This document shows positions 40,141 through 53,284 of a DNA stretch of 64,000 nucleotides, in pieces; position 1 is the stretch's first letter, and each line of letters starts with the position of its first letter. Both the position numbers and the translations under genes were made by a program. Source of the stretch: an uncultured Omnitrophica bacterium (GTDB taxonomy: Bacteria; Omnitrophota; Gorgyraeia; JACQQV01); assembly GCA_947085655.1 (NCBI GenBank), contig CAMTXH010000010.1, forward strand, positions 18,015 through 82,014. Reading direction: 5' to 3'. The notes under the pieces are model-generated. The model searched no databases. It was not told the DNA's origin and saw only the letters and a list, made by a program, of their open reading frames with translations.

Positions 40141-40468
40141 CGGTCTCGCCTTCCGATGACGTCTCTTCAGCGACAGGCGGACGATCCGCTTCAGGAGTGC
40201 TTTCGGATGTCTCGACGGGAGGAGTGCTTTTCATGAGAGACATCCGGCCCCGGCTTGAAAGAATGCCGAGCGAAAGACAGGTGACAAGAAAAAGGATGGC
40301 GCAGACAGAGGTGGCGCGGTTTAAAAAGGAAGAGCTTTTGGTTCCGAAGAGCTGCTGTGAGGCCCCTCCGAAGGCCTCCGAAAGCCCCCCGCCCTTTCCG
40401 GCCTGAAGGAGAATGACGCCGATCAGTACAAGACTCACGATCACATGGAGAATAATGAGAAATATCAT
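40118..40468 (-). CDS. secG: preprotein translocase subunit SecG
   Basis: VILLQAGKGGGLSEAFGG...QQLFG. Confidence 0.85.
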   Translation of the reverse strand: MIFLIILHVIVSLVLIGVILLQAGKGGGLSEAFGGASQQLFGTKSSSFLNRATSVCAILFLVTCLSLGILSSRGRMSLMKSTPPVETSESTPEADRPPVAEETSSEGETGATPPSP

Positions 40469-41244
40469 GAAACCCTCACCTTCATTCGGGAAAGTCCCCC
40501 TTGCACGATTTTTTGAAAGGAACCCAATTGGAGACTCGCCCCGCCGACGAGCGCCCCGTCAATGTCGGGCCGGGCAAGGAGTGCGTCGATATTATCCGGC
40601 CTGACGCTCCCTCCGTAAAGGATCCGGAGATCCTCCGCCAGATCCCGATCGAACATCTCTTGGAAATGCTTTCGGATCACGGCATGAACCTCCTCCGCCT
40701 GCTCCGGGGTGGCATTTCTTCCGGTCCCGATCGCCCAGACCGGTTCGTAAGCCACAATAACCTGCTTTGCCCTTTCTTTTTCAATGCCCTGAAAGACGCT
40801 CAAATGGGCTTCGATCACTTCCAGGGTTCTGTTTTTCTCCCTTTCTTCAAGCCGTTCCCCGACACAGACAATCGGAAAAAGGCCATGCTGAAGCGCGCTT
40901 TTCAGTTTTTGGCGGATCACCGCATTCGTCTCCGAAAAATAGGCACGCCGTTCGGAATGTCCGACAATCACATATTGACACCCGGCCGCCTTCAGCATCG
41001 CCGGGGAGACTTCCCCGGTGAAAGCCCCCTCCGTCTCCCAATGAAGATTCTGCGCCCCCACAGCGATCGCGCTTCCGGACAGGGCTTCTGCAACGGAAGT
41101 GAGTGCGGGAAACGGCGGGCAGACCACAAGGTCTATCGGAAGCGGCTTCTGCGGAAAGGCCGATTTCAGCGATGCCGCAAACGAAAGGGCCTCCTCCGGA
41201 GTCTTGTGCATCTTCCAGTTTCCCGCAATCAGGATCTTCCGCAT
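40465..41244 (-). CDS. tpiA: triosephosphate isomerase
   Basis: AGNWKMH...VIVGHSERR...[11 protein letters not shown]. Confidence 0.93.
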   Translation of the reverse strand: MRKILIAGNWKMHKTPEEALSFAASLKSAFPQKPLPIDLVVCPPFPALTSVAEALSGSAIAVGAQNLHWETEGAFTGEVSPAMLKAAGCQYVIVGHSERRAYFSETNAVIRQKLKSALQHGLFPIVCVGERLEEREKNRTLEVIEAHLSVFQGIEKERAKQVIVAYEPVWAIGTGRNATPEQAEEVHAVIRKHFQEMFDRDLAEDLRILYGGSVRPDNIDALLARPDIDGALVGGASLQLGSFQKIVQGGLSRMKVRVS

Positions 41245-41246
41245 CC

Positions 41247-44481
<3,235 letters not shown>

Positions 44482-44524
44482 AACTTATCTTATCAAAAGA
44501 TGTTAGGAAAATCTTAAATACTTT

Positions 44525-44552
44525 ATTATAGCACAGATTTCAGGGATGGCAA
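44525..44552 (-). promoter_or_regulatory. promoter with extended -10 upstream of galT-gap-pgk-tpiA-secG
   Basis: minus strand TTGCCA(44552-44547)-16 nt-TGcTATAAT (the -10 at 44530-44525); AT-rich spacer after the fmt stop. Confidence 0.55.
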
Positions 44553-45487
44553 GAAAAAGTTTCGCCTGAGTGCACCGGATGTCCTGCCAGGAAGGAGCCC
44601 ACTCCCATCCGGGCCTTCCCTTCCGGCTGCATCTCTTTTAGAAGAAGAAACCCTTGCCCGGTCGCCACTTCCAACCCCTTTTCTTTGGAAAGGGAAAGAA
44701 CTTCACCCGGTTTTCCTCCCTTTCTGCCGGGGAGCGGCTCCGCCTTCCAAATCAGAAGCCGTTTCCCCCTCCAGTAGGTGAAACTTCCGGGCCAGGGGAC
44801 AAATGCCCGAATCTGGTTCGAAAGCGCTTCGGCGCTCTTCGACCAGTCGACCAGCCCATCCTCTTTCCTGAGCTTAGGCGCATACGACACAGGCCCTTTT
44901 TGAGGAATAAAGTCCGCTTCTTTCTTTGCGATTTTTTGAACCGCCTTGACCAAAAGAGGGGCAGCCAGCCGGGCAAGCCGTTCGGAAAGCTGCAGGGTAT
45001 CTTCCCCCGGTTCAATCGGAACCCTCTCCTGAAAAAGAATATCCCCCGCATCCACCTCTTTCGTCATCCGGCTGATGGAAATGCCGGTTTCCCGGTCGCC
45101 GTTTAGGATGGCGAAAGGAATGGGACTTGCCCCCCGGTATCGGGGAAGAACAGAAGGATGGACATTGATCCCCCCGTTGGGAAAGATTGGGAATAGGAGA
45201 GGGGGAAGGATTCTCCCGTAAGAAATAAGGATCAAAAGGTCCGGTTTGAGTGATTTCAATTCCGAAAGAAAGGAGTTCTCTTTTAAATCTTTCGGCTGAA
45301 GAAGGGGAAGGCGTTTTTTTGCCGCCCAAAGTTTTACGGGACTTTTCTGGAGTTGAAGAGACCGCCCTCCCGGTTTATCTGTTTCGGTCACCACCGTCAG
45401 AATCTCCTCTTTAGAGCAGAGGAGTGATTCAAGGGACGGTATGGCAAAAGAGGAGGAGCCAAAAAAGATGATTCTCATCGGATTCAA
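44540..45487 (-). CDS. fmt: methionyl-tRNA formyltransferase
   Basis: MRIIFFGSSSFA...ISYGRILP...INVHPSVLPRYRGASPI. Confidence 0.9.
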   Translation of the reverse strand: MNPMRIIFFGSSSFAIPSLESLLCSKEEILTVVTETDKPGGRSLQLQKSPVKLWAAKKRLPLLQPKDLKENSFLSELKSLKPDLLILISYGRILPPLLFPIFPNGGINVHPSVLPRYRGASPIPFAILNGDRETGISISRMTKEVDAGDILFQERVPIEPGEDTLQLSERLARLAAPLLVKAVQKIAKKEADFIPQKGPVSYAPKLRKEDGLVDWSKSAEALSNQIRAFVPWPGSFTYWRGKRLLIWKAEPLPGRKGGKPGEVLSLSKEKGLEVATGQGFLLLKEMQPEGKARMGVGSFLAGHPVHSGETFSCHP

Positions 45488-47469
45488 TACGGATCGATAT
45501 CCACAATCACCCGAACCCCGCCCTTTCGTTCAAAGCGCTCAAGCGGTTTCTTCAAAAAATCGGCCAGGTCACTCTTCTGGGATTTGACGAGAAGTTGCCA
45601 TTGGCATTCCCCCTTCACCGGATGCAAAAAGTCGGGTGCCGGGCCGAGGAGGGAGATTTTCCTTCCCTTCTTCGCCCGGGCGAGTCTTTTTTTGAACGCG
45701 CGGGAAGCGGCAGAGACGCTTTCTTCTTTCTTCCCCCGGAAAAGAATCCGGGCCAAAAACCGGAAAGGGGGAAAGCCGAGTTCTTTCCGGAAGCGGGATT
45801 CCACCTCATAAAAGGCCTGATAGTTTTGGGTGCTCGCGGCCAGGATCGCCGGATGGTTGGGTGAAAAACTCTGAATGATGACCTCCCCTTTTTTCTCATC
45901 GCGCGCCGCCTGACCGACCAAACGGCTTAAGAGACTGAAGGCCCGTTCGGAAGCGCGAAAATCAGGGGTATTCAAAAGGGTGTCCGCAGAAAGAATCCCC
46001 ACAAGCGGAACCGCCGTCTCCTGGCGGACGACCATCTGGGTTCCGATGAGAATGTCGAGCTCCTTTTTCCGGAAGGCCTCTGTCATCTGATCCCGAGAGC
46101 CCTCTCTCAAAGCATCCGTATCCAGCCGCGCGATCTGTGCCGCCGGAAAAAGGCGGTGGGCCTCGCTTTCAATCCTTTCGGTTCCGACGCCGGTATAACG
46201 GAGAACGCTCCCCCGGCATTCCGGACAGACATTCTGGGGAAGTTCTTCCGTATTACAGGTATGACACCGAAGCCGCTTGAGTGCGGCATGATACTTAAGG
46301 GGAAGCTGGCATGAGGGGCACCGGCGGACCTGACCGCACTTCCGGCAGTGGATATAGGTCGAGAAACCCCGTCGGTTCAGAAAAAGGAGGATCTGGCCCT
46401 TCTCTTCCAACACATTCGCCATCCGGCGTTCGAGATATTTGGAGAAGAAGACTTTTCGCCTTTTTTCCCTCCATTCCTCCCGCATATCGACCACATGGAC
46501 CTTGGGAATTTTGGACGGCGGTTGACCGCCGGTCAGATCCAGAAGAACGGCGCGACCTTTGAGTGCCTCGGTATACGATTCAAAGGATGGCGTATCGCTC
46601 TCCAAAAGAACCGAAGCCCCCTCGAGGGAAGAGCGAAAAAAAGCGATTTGCCGGGCATGGTAACGGGGGGATTCGTCCTGTTTATACCCCGGATCATGCT
46701 CTTCACATAGGATTACAAGGCCGAGCCGCTTCACCGGACTGAAGACGGCGGAACGGCTTCCGACCACAATGCGAACTCTTCCCTCCCGAAGGTCGTTCCA
46801 GAGCGCATACCGGTCCAGGGGAGAAAGGGCGCCGTGAAAAATGCAGACCTCCTTCCCGAAAAAGCGTTTGAATCGCTCAAATGCCGCCTTTGCCATTTCA
46901 ATCTCCGGATAAAGGACGAGGGCGGAGAGCTCTTTCTTCAATATTTCATGGACAATCTGGAGGAGGAGTTCCGTCTTTCCTTCGGAGCGATTTCCCAACA
47001 AAAGAAACGTCTTTGGGGTTTTGCTCTCGAATGCCGCCTTCACGTCATCAAGAATCTTTTTCTGTACCGCATCCGGAACCGAAAGAGACTCGAGTTCTTT
47101 GAGCGGTTCCTGCTCCGGAGGATTGCCGCGGGTCCGGGGACGGAGAGAACTTGGAAGAATCGCCTCAAGGGCCTCTCCCCAGGAACAGAGATAATACGCC
47201 TTCATCCGTTTGGAAAGTTCCAAAAGAGTCGGGTCCAAAAGAGGCGCCTCATCCACCAGGTTTTCAATCGGTTTGATCGATTTGAGGGGAAGATTTGTCC
47301 GGGACTCAAGACCCACAATATATCCGATTTTCCGCTTGTTTCCAAAAGGGACCCGGACTCTTTGTCCGACGGCGACTTTCCCTTTGAACGTCTCCGGAAC
47401 GGAATAATCAAAATATCGGTCTGGAGGAAGCGGGAGAACGACCCGGGCGTAAAGCGGTTTGGACTTCAT
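45484..47469 (-). CDS. priA: primosomal protein N' (PriA helicase)
   Basis: start set at [13 protein letters not shown] (ATGA overlap with the udg stop); LLLGNRSEGKTE Walker A-like; Cys4 zinc-binding insert (CRKCG...CPSC...CHTC...CPEC). Confidence 0.88.
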   Translation of the reverse strand: MKSKPLYARVVLPLPPDRYFDYSVPETFKGKVAVGQRVRVPFGNKRKIGYIVGLESRTNLPLKSIKPIENLVDEAPLLDPTLLELSKRMKAYYLCSWGEALEAILPSSLRPRTRGNPPEQEPLKELESLSVPDAVQKKILDDVKAAFESKTPKTFLLLGNRSEGKTELLLQIVHEILKKELSALVLYPEIEMAKAAFERFKRFFGKEVCIFHGALSPLDRYALWNDLREGRVRIVVGSRSAVFSPVKRLGLVILCEEHDPGYKQDESPRYHARQIAFFRSSLEGASVLLESDTPSFESYTEALKGRAVLLDLTGGQPPSKIPKVHVVDMREEWREKRRKVFFSKYLERRMANVLEEKGQILLFLNRRGFSTYIHCRKCGQVRRCPSCQLPLKYHAALKRLRCHTCNTEELPQNVCPECRGSVLRYTGVGTERIESEAHRLFPAAQIARLDTDALREGSRDQMTEAFRKKELDILIGTQMVVRQETAVPLVGILSADTLLNTPDFRASERAFSLLSRLVGQAARDEKKGEVIIQSFSPNHPAILAASTQNYQAFYEVESRFRKELGFPPFRFLARILFRGKKEESVSAASRAFKKRLARAKKGRKISLLGPAPDFLHPVKGECQWQLLVKSQKSDLADFLKKPLERFERKGGVRVIVDIDPY

Positions 47470-48176
47470 GCTTTGGACTCCTTCAAAGCATTCCTGATTT
47501 TTTTCATGTCTTCCCAGACGAGCCGTTTGGCGGAGGGGTTCCTCAAAAGATAGGCGGGATGGAAGGTCGGCATGACCGGAATCCCCTGATAATCGTAGAA
47601 TCGGCCCCGGAGGAGAGAAAGAGACTCCTCCTTCCGCACCAGGACCAGCGTCGCATACCGTCCCAATGCGCAGATGATCCGCGGACGGATGAGTGTAATC
47701 TGCCGGACTAGGTAAGGCGAGCAGGTATGCACTTCTTCCGGCAGAGGTCCCCGATTTCCGGGAGGGCGGCATTTGATGACGTTGGCAATGTAGACTTCTT
47801 CCCGACGGAGACCGATCGACTCGATGATTTTTGTGAGGAGTTGTCCTGCCTGTCCGACAAAGGGACGTCCCTGCCTGTCCTCTTCCGCACCCGGCGCTTC
47901 CCCCACAAACATGAGTTCTGCCCTCGGGGACCCCTCTCCGAAGACGGTCTGGCTCCGCCCCCGATGAAGGGAGCACTTCACACAGGAGGCGACTTCCCTT
48001 TCAATCTGTTTAAGTCCCAGGTTATCTCCGGATCCTCCCCGAAGAGGAGATTCCTTTTGTCGGGAGCCGGAACTCGCCGGAACCGTTTCGGTTCCGAATC
48101 CGGCCTCCAGGGTGAGCCAATCCCGCAGGGCGCATGAAATTTCATGTAACGCTTTTCGGGAAGGGTGAGCTCTCAT
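47466..48176 (-). CDS. uracil-DNA glycosylase, family 4 (Fe-S)
   Basis: CVKCSLH...VFGEG...[24 protein letters not shown]...[11 protein letters not shown]. Confidence 0.85.
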   Translation of the reverse strand: MRAHPSRKALHEISCALRDWLTLEAGFGTETVPASSGSRQKESPLRGGSGDNLGLKQIEREVASCVKCSLHRGRSQTVFGEGSPRAELMFVGEAPGAEEDRQGRPFVGQAGQLLTKIIESIGLRREEVYIANVIKCRPPGNRGPLPEEVHTCSPYLVRQITLIRPRIICALGRYATLVLVRKEESLSLLRGRFYDYQGIPVMPTFHPAYLLRNPSAKRLVWEDMKKIRNALKESKA

Positions 48177-49288
48177 GAGAAAATCTCCGTGATAAAATCA
48201 GCGGTCCGGCGCGCTGCCTGATGTTGCCGTATCATTTCCATCTGTTTCCGGACAAAAGAGAGCCGTTCCTTCAGATGCTCAAGGTCTGAAAAATGGGCTT
48301 CCAGCTCCTGAAGCGTTCCGGCCGAGAGGGCCGCCTGATGCCGAAGGAGAACCTGCTGGTTTCCCTGTTCCTGCCCCGGAATCGGGCGAAAAATGAGCAT
48401 CGGAAGTCCCTTGGCAAGGGCCTCCGTCATCATCAGCCCCCCCGACTTACTCACCAGACAATCGCTCATCGCCATCAGCTCGTCCATATTCTGGACGAAT
48501 CCGTAAATCTTGACCCGCTCCCGCACCCCCGCATTTCGAGAAACAAGCCGCTCGTAAAGGGGCCGGTTGTGGCCGCAGACCACCAAAAGCTGAAGTTCCG
48601 GCTTTCGAATCAGGACGGAGACAAGCCGTTCGATCGGCCCGATCCCGAATCCGCCGCTTGCCACCAGCACCGTAAAACGCTCCGAAGAAAGGGCCTGTTT
48701 TTGAAGAAGGGATAAGCGGTCTTTCTCTTCCTCAAAGCGGGGGTCAACCGGAATACCGAAGAGGGCGATTTTTTCGTCCGAAACACCCCGCTTGATCAGA
48801 GATGCCCTTGTCTCCGAACTTCCGACCACATACAAATCAGTCTCGGCGGCTATCCAAACGGTATGAATCGCTAAATCCGTAATGACCGTCACAAGACGCG
48901 CCTTCAATCTCCCATTCCTCTTGAGCGCGGAGGCGACTTCGCTTGCAAAAAAATGCGTCGAAACAACAACCTCCGGCTCCTCCCTCACCAAAAAGCGTTC
49001 GAGTGCTTTTCCGTTTGCAGCATTCAACAGCCGGCGGGCACGCTGGAGCCATGGAGCCACGGCGGGAATGTTAAACCCTTGATAGAAAAATCCCCAGACG
49101 GCCGGGAGATACTTTACCAGGAAAAGGTAGATCCGCGGATAAAGATAACGAAATGCAACATGGGTGTAGTCCAGGGAATCAATCAGTTGGAGGGAAATAC
49201 CCGGCGCCGCCTGGAGGGCCTGAACCAGCGCCTCCGCCGCCCGCTTGTGGCCGAGGCCGCTTGAGGCATACACCACCACCACTTTCAT
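48173..49288 (-). CDS. GT28-like glycosyltransferase (MGDG synthase / UgtP-MurG-like)
   Basis: YASSGLGHKRAAEAL N-terminal G-loop; C-terminal GT-B donor-binding region. Confidence 0.65.
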   Translation of the reverse strand: MKVVVVYASSGLGHKRAAEALVQALQAAPGISLQLIDSLDYTHVAFRYLYPRIYLFLVKYLPAVWGFFYQGFNIPAVAPWLQRARRLLNAANGKALERFLVREEPEVVVSTHFFASEVASALKRNGRLKARLVTVITDLAIHTVWIAAETDLYVVGSSETRASLIKRGVSDEKIALFGIPVDPRFEEEKDRLSLLQKQALSSERFTVLVASGGFGIGPIERLVSVLIRKPELQLLVVCGHNRPLYERLVSRNAGVRERVKIYGFVQNMDELMAMSDCLVSKSGGLMMTEALAKGLPMLIFRPIPGQEQGNQQVLLRHQAALSAGTLQELEAHFSDLEHLKERLSFVRKQMEMIRQHQAARRTADFITEIFS

Positions 49289-49845
49289 CGGCTGTTGTCT
49301 TCCTGCAAAATCCAGCGGACTGCATTCAGAAGGTCTTTTTTAACCGCATCCGGCTTGACGACCCATTCCGCTTTCCGGGAGCGTTTTTCCCTTCCGGAAA
49401 GAACCAGGATCGTTTTGCAACGGAGCTTCTTTCCCGCCGCAATATCCGCCATCGAATCTCCGACCAGGTACGTTTCCCGGAACCGAACCTTGAAACGCTC
49501 TTTGGCTTTTCGAAAGAGTTCCGTCTTTGGCTTTCGACAGCGGCAGCGGTCCTCATCCCGGTGCGGACAGTAATAAACCGCGTCGAGCCGGCCGCCATGT
49601 TGTTGGATTCTCTTCCGGATCCGACGGGTGATTTCCCGGAGATCCCTCATGGAGTAGAATCCCTTGGCCACTCCCGCCTGATTCGAGACGACCACCACGC
49701 GGTATCCCTTTTTTTTCAGGAGACGGAGTGCTTTTAATGCGCGGGGGAGAAAACGGACCTTAGACCAGCTGTCCACATAGGTGTTGGTTTTGTTCCGATT
49801 GATTACCCCGTCCCGGTCTAGGAAAACTGTTTTTTTCGGTGTCAT
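49285..49845 (-). CDS. gmhB: D-glycero-D-manno-heptose 1,7-bisphosphate phosphatase (HAD IIIA, GmhB-like)
   Basis: start set at MTPKKTVFLDRDGVIN (ATGA overlap); VVVVSNQAGVAKG; CRCRKP zinc site; GDS..D. Confidence 0.8.
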   Translation of the reverse strand: MTPKKTVFLDRDGVINRNKTNTYVDSWSKVRFLPRALKALRLLKKKGYRVVVVSNQAGVAKGFYSMRDLREITRRIRKRIQQHGGRLDAVYYCPHRDEDRCRCRKPKTELFRKAKERFKVRFRETYLVGDSMADIAAGKKLRCKTILVLSGREKRSRKAEWVVKPDAVKKDLLNAVRWILQEDNSR

Positions 49846-50885
49846 TCCAAAAGATCCCGGTTTTTTTGAACCCACCCGAGGAGACGGTTCGCTCCTTCTT
49901 CAAACGGCACCGAGACATGCCAACGCAAATGTTTCTCTACCTTCGAGATGTCGGAGATATACACTTTCTGATCACTCGCCCGCCAATCCGAAAAGCGGAT
50001 CCGGATTTTGGTGCCGAGTCTATCCTGAAGGAGTTTCACAAACTCAAGAAGCGACACCGTATGCTTCGGACCTCCTCCGATATTGAAAACCTCCGGTTTC
50101 TTGGCCGACTCGATAAACCGTTCGTATGCCTTCATGAGGTCCGAGACGTAGAGAACATCCCGAACCTGCTTTCCGTTTCCGTAAATCGTCAGGGGGCGTT
50201 TTAAAACGGATCGGATGATGAAGTGGGCCACCCATCCCTGGTCCTCGAAGCCAAACTGACGCGTCCCATAGATACAACTCATCCGGAAGACTCCTGTCTT
50301 CATTCCGTAGAGATGGCCGTACTCCTGGACATACAAATCTGCCGTGTATTTACTCACCCCGTAAGGGGTGTGTCCGGCCAGGTCCACTGGAAACGTCTCC
50401 GAAATCCCGCGAACCCCTCTGAACCGGTAGCGGCTCTTTCCTTCGACCAGCGGGAGCCGGTCCACATTCTCCCCGTAAACCTTGTTCGTTGAACAAAGAA
50501 GAAAACTCGCCTTGGGGGAACGTTTCCGGACCGCCTCGAGAACCGTAAGTGTTCCCTCAGCATTGATGGAAAAATCCTCTTTTGGATTCTGAATGGAGAA
50601 GCCGACCCCCGGCTGGGCGGCCGCATGCAAAACCGCATCCACTCCCTTTCCGACGGCGCGCTGGACATCCCGGGGATTCCGGACATCTCCCTTGATCCTT
50701 TCAATGTTCCGGAGGGAAGCCAGATACCGCCAGTTGTATTCGACACTTTTCCGGTTGGCGCGAAAGAGCCGCGAACGGCTCAAATTATCCAGCACGACCA
50801 CCTTCCACCCCCTTTTGGAAAAGTGTTCTGCGGCATGGCTCCCGACCATCCCGGCTCCCCCCGTCACCAAAATCCGCTTCTTCAC
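49842..50885 (-). CDS. NAD-dependent sugar epimerase, CDP-paratose 2-epimerase (tyvelose epimerase)-like; GTG start
   Basis: VTGGAGMVGSH...DNLSRS...STNKVYG...DQGWV...GNGKQVRDVL...NIGGG; block-for-block similarity to the RfbE/tyvelose epimerase family. Confidence 0.75.
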   Translation of the reverse strand: MKKRILVTGGAGMVGSHAAEHFSKRGWKVVVLDNLSRSRLFRANRKSVEYNWRYLASLRNIERIKGDVRNPRDVQRAVGKGVDAVLHAAAQPGVGFSIQNPKEDFSINAEGTLTVLEAVRKRSPKASFLLCSTNKVYGENVDRLPLVEGKSRYRFRGVRGISETFPVDLAGHTPYGVSKYTADLYVQEYGHLYGMKTGVFRMSCIYGTRQFGFEDQGWVAHFIIRSVLKRPLTIYGNGKQVRDVLYVSDLMKAYERFIESAKKPEVFNIGGGPKHTVSLLEFVKLLQDRLGTKIRIRFSDWRASDQKVYISDISKVEKHLRWHVSVPFEEGANRLLGWVQKNRDLLE

Positions 50886-50959
50886 CCCGTTAGAAACTCC
50901 TCATATTGATCACATAACATTTTAGAAATCCCTATTAGAAACATGTGTTTCTAACGGGG
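50885..50959 (-). promoter_or_regulatory. compound inverted-repeat element upstream of the epimerase start: 13-bp outer inverted repeat CCCCGTTAGAAAC / GTTTCTAACGGGG, plus inner 9-bp palindrome TTAGAAACAtgTGTTTCTAA
   Basis: outer arms at 50885-50897 and 50947-50959; inner palindrome at 50935-50954; extra TTAGAAA(C/T) half-sites at 50890 and 50921; GAGGAG SD lies between the arms. Confidence 0.45.
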
Positions 50960-50960
50960 T

Positions 50961-52178
50961 TCATGAAACGCCCTCCGTCTGTTTTTGCTTCGGGAAAAAT
51001 CGGAGTTTTAAGAGAGCAGCGAAAAGACAGAGGGTCCCTCCCGTCACTGCTGAGTAAAGATCGGTTAGTTTCACCCCTTTTTCCTGAACGAAGAATTCAC
51101 TTGAAAGCGAAATAAGAAAAAAAGAGGCGGTCACCAATCCCAAAATCACACTATCCTTTCCTTTTTCCTTCAAAAGATAATGAAAAAGGACGAGGTACGA
51201 AACCGAAATCGGAAGAAAGGCATTTCGCCAGGCATTCGGATTAAAAAGACTCATGCAAAGCGAGAGGCAAGCGTACGTCGAAAGCCGTCCCGGAGAGAAG
51301 GGCTCCGTCTCCCTTCCTGGCAGAGCCGAAAGACAGACCATATAAAGGAAGAGACAGACACCGCCGTAAAGGAGAAAAAGCTCCTTTCGGGAGAGGTCCA
51401 GAAGATGGAATCCGACCGGGCTCTCTCCATAAAAGAGACGTCCCAAAAGGGCAAGGAGTGACTGATTGGGCGGTGTGGTGATGGAAATATCATCGAGGGA
51501 ACTTTTGAAAAGAAACGATGTCCCCTCGATGAGGAGATTGGCATTTTCCCGAAGACCGACGGAAAAAGACGGAAGGAGCGTCAGGATCAAAAGAAAAAGA
51601 ATGGTCCACCCCAAAAAACGGAACCGCCTCTCCAGAAGAAACACCGGCACAAAAAGAACCGTCAGATACTTGGTAAGCATCGAAAAGGCGAAGAAGAATC
51701 CTCCGAGGAGGTCTCTCCCTTTTGAGAAACAGAGGATGGCGCTCCAGAGAAGGGTCAACATGAAGAGATTCGCTTGCCCTCCGTGGAGATTTTCAAGAAG
51801 AATTCGGAAAGAGGCGACTCCCGCCAAGGCGTAGAGCCAAGGGACCTTTTCGGAGGCAAGCGGCGGAAGGAGTATCCGGAGGGTTACAGAAAGGACTGAA
51901 AGAAACAAAAGATTCAAAAAACACCAGAGCCGCGCTGCCTGTCTTTCGGGAAGCGAGGCGATCGGTCCCATGAAAAAGGCAAAAAAGGGAGGGTATTTAA
52001 AATAGGAAACATCCCCTTCAAACGTATAAATCGGCTCTCCGTTTAAGAAACGGGCTCCTGCCGTATACATCATATGAAAATCCGAAAAATGCCTTTTCGG
52101 CGCCCGGTAATCGTACTGGATAAAAAGGATGCCATAGAAAAGAAGGAGAAGTCCCATCCAAAGGCGCTTTTTTTTCAA
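50961..52178 (-). CDS. DUF2029 / GT87-family polytopic membrane glycosyltransferase (polyprenol-P-sugar dependent mannosyltransferase-like)
   Basis: about 11 TM helices; FSDFHMMYTAGARFLNGEPIY...YFKYPPFFAFFMGP signature. Confidence 0.65.
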   Translation of the reverse strand: MKKKRLWMGLLLLFYGILFIQYDYRAPKRHFSDFHMMYTAGARFLNGEPIYTFEGDVSYFKYPPFFAFFMGPIASLPERQAARLWCFLNLLFLSVLSVTLRILLPPLASEKVPWLYALAGVASFRILLENLHGGQANLFMLTLLWSAILCFSKGRDLLGGFFFAFSMLTKYLTVLFVPVFLLERRFRFLGWTILFLLILTLLPSFSVGLRENANLLIEGTSFLFKSSLDDISITTPPNQSLLALLGRLFYGESPVGFHLLDLSRKELFLLYGGVCLFLYMVCLSALPGRETEPFSPGRLSTYACLSLCMSLFNPNAWRNAFLPISVSYLVLFHYLLKEKGKDSVILGLVTASFFLISLSSEFFVQEKGVKLTDLYSAVTGGTLCLFAALLKLRFFPKQKQTEGVS

Positions 52179-53284
52179 ATCACCTCCCAGAAGCGTCGGA
52201 GGGTGCGAATGACCCGCTCTCGGTCCGTTCGGGTCAGTTCCGGATACATCGGAAGAGAGAGAACTTCTCTTGAGGCCCGCTCGCTTTCCGGGAAATCGCC
52301 CCGGCGGTATCCCAGCGAAGAAAGGGCTTTCTGCAGATGAAGCGGAACAGGATAATGAAGGCCTGTCTCAATTCCCTGCTTGAGGAGAAACTGCCGGAGC
52401 CGTCCGCGCTCCCTTGTCCGGATGACAAAGAGGTGATAGACGTGGTGTCTTGCCGGTAACTCCTCCGGCAGTCTCAAGGGGAGTCCCCGAAGCCCCTTCC
52501 GGTAGAATGCGGCATGACGGCGGCGGAGAAGATTCCAACGCCGGAGGTGTTTCAGTTTGATCCGGAGGACCGCTGCCTGGAGTTCATCCATCCTCCCGTT
52601 CCAACCGGGAAAGACGTGCTGATATTTTGTCAAAGCGCCGTGGTCTCGAAGGAGTCTCACTTTTTCGGCCAGGCGCCGGTCACGGGTCACTACCATTCCC
52701 CCCTCGCCGTAACCGCCAAGATTTTTGGAGGGATAAAAACTGAAGCAGCCGACTTTCCCGAGCGACCCGATTCGCCTCCCCCGGTACAGAGCCCCATGCG
52801 CCTGGGCAGCGTCTTCGACGACCGGAATCCCGGTGGCTCTGGAAACGCGAAGGAGCGGCGTCATGTCGCACGGCTGACCGTAGAGATGGACCGGGAGAAA
52901 CGCCCTGGTCCGGCGGTTCGTCTTCCTTTTGACCTGAGATATATCCATGGTATAGGTGGCCGGGTCGATATCCACGAAAACAGGCGTTGCCCCTGTCTGA
53001 AGAATCGCTTCGACGGTGCCGATGAAGGTAAATGGGACGGTGATGACCTCATCCCCCTCCTTAATTCCGAGTCCCCGCAGGGCCAAGTGGAGTGCTTCTG
53101 TTCCGGAGCCGACCGACACCGCATAAGGAACGCCGCAAAAAGCGCCGAAGGCCTCCTCGAATTTCCGGATGTTCGGGCCGTCGATGAGGTGCATCCCGCG
53201 GAAAATGTCCCGAAAGGAAGAAATCACTTCTTTCGCGAGAGGACGATATTGCGCTTTTAAATCAACGAGGGGAATCCGTTTCAC
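52175..53284 (-). CDS. DegT/DnrJ/EryC1/StrS-family sugar aminotransferase
   Basis: AVSVGSGTEALHLAL...FSFYPSKNLGGYGEGGMVVT (PLP-lysine region). Confidence 0.85.
   Translation of the reverse strand: MKRIPLVDLKAQYRPLAKEVISSFRDIFRGMHLIDGPNIRKFEEAFGAFCGVPYAVSVGSGTEALHLALRGLGIKEGDEVITVPFTFIGTVEAILQTGATPVFVDIDPATYTMDISQVKRKTNRRTRAFLPVHLYGQPCDMTPLLRVSRATGIPVVEDAAQAHGALYRGRRIGSLGKVGCFSFYPSKNLGGYGEGGMVVTRDRRLAEKVRLLRDHGALTKYQHVFPGWNGRMDELQAAVLRIKLKHLRRWNLLRRRHAAFYRKGLRGLPLRLPEELPARHHVYHLFVIRTRERGRLRQFLLKQGIETGLHYPVPLHLQKALSSLGYRRGDFPESERASREVLSLPMYPELTRTDRERVIRTLRRFWEVI

Noticed and set aside
45484-47976. N-terminal 169-aa extension of priA in the ORF track ([15 protein letters not shown]...)
   Set aside because: Low-complexity, overlaps the family-4 UDG gene in another frame. 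The conserved PriA N-terminus begins at [13 protein letters not shown] with an ATGA overlap to the udg stop.
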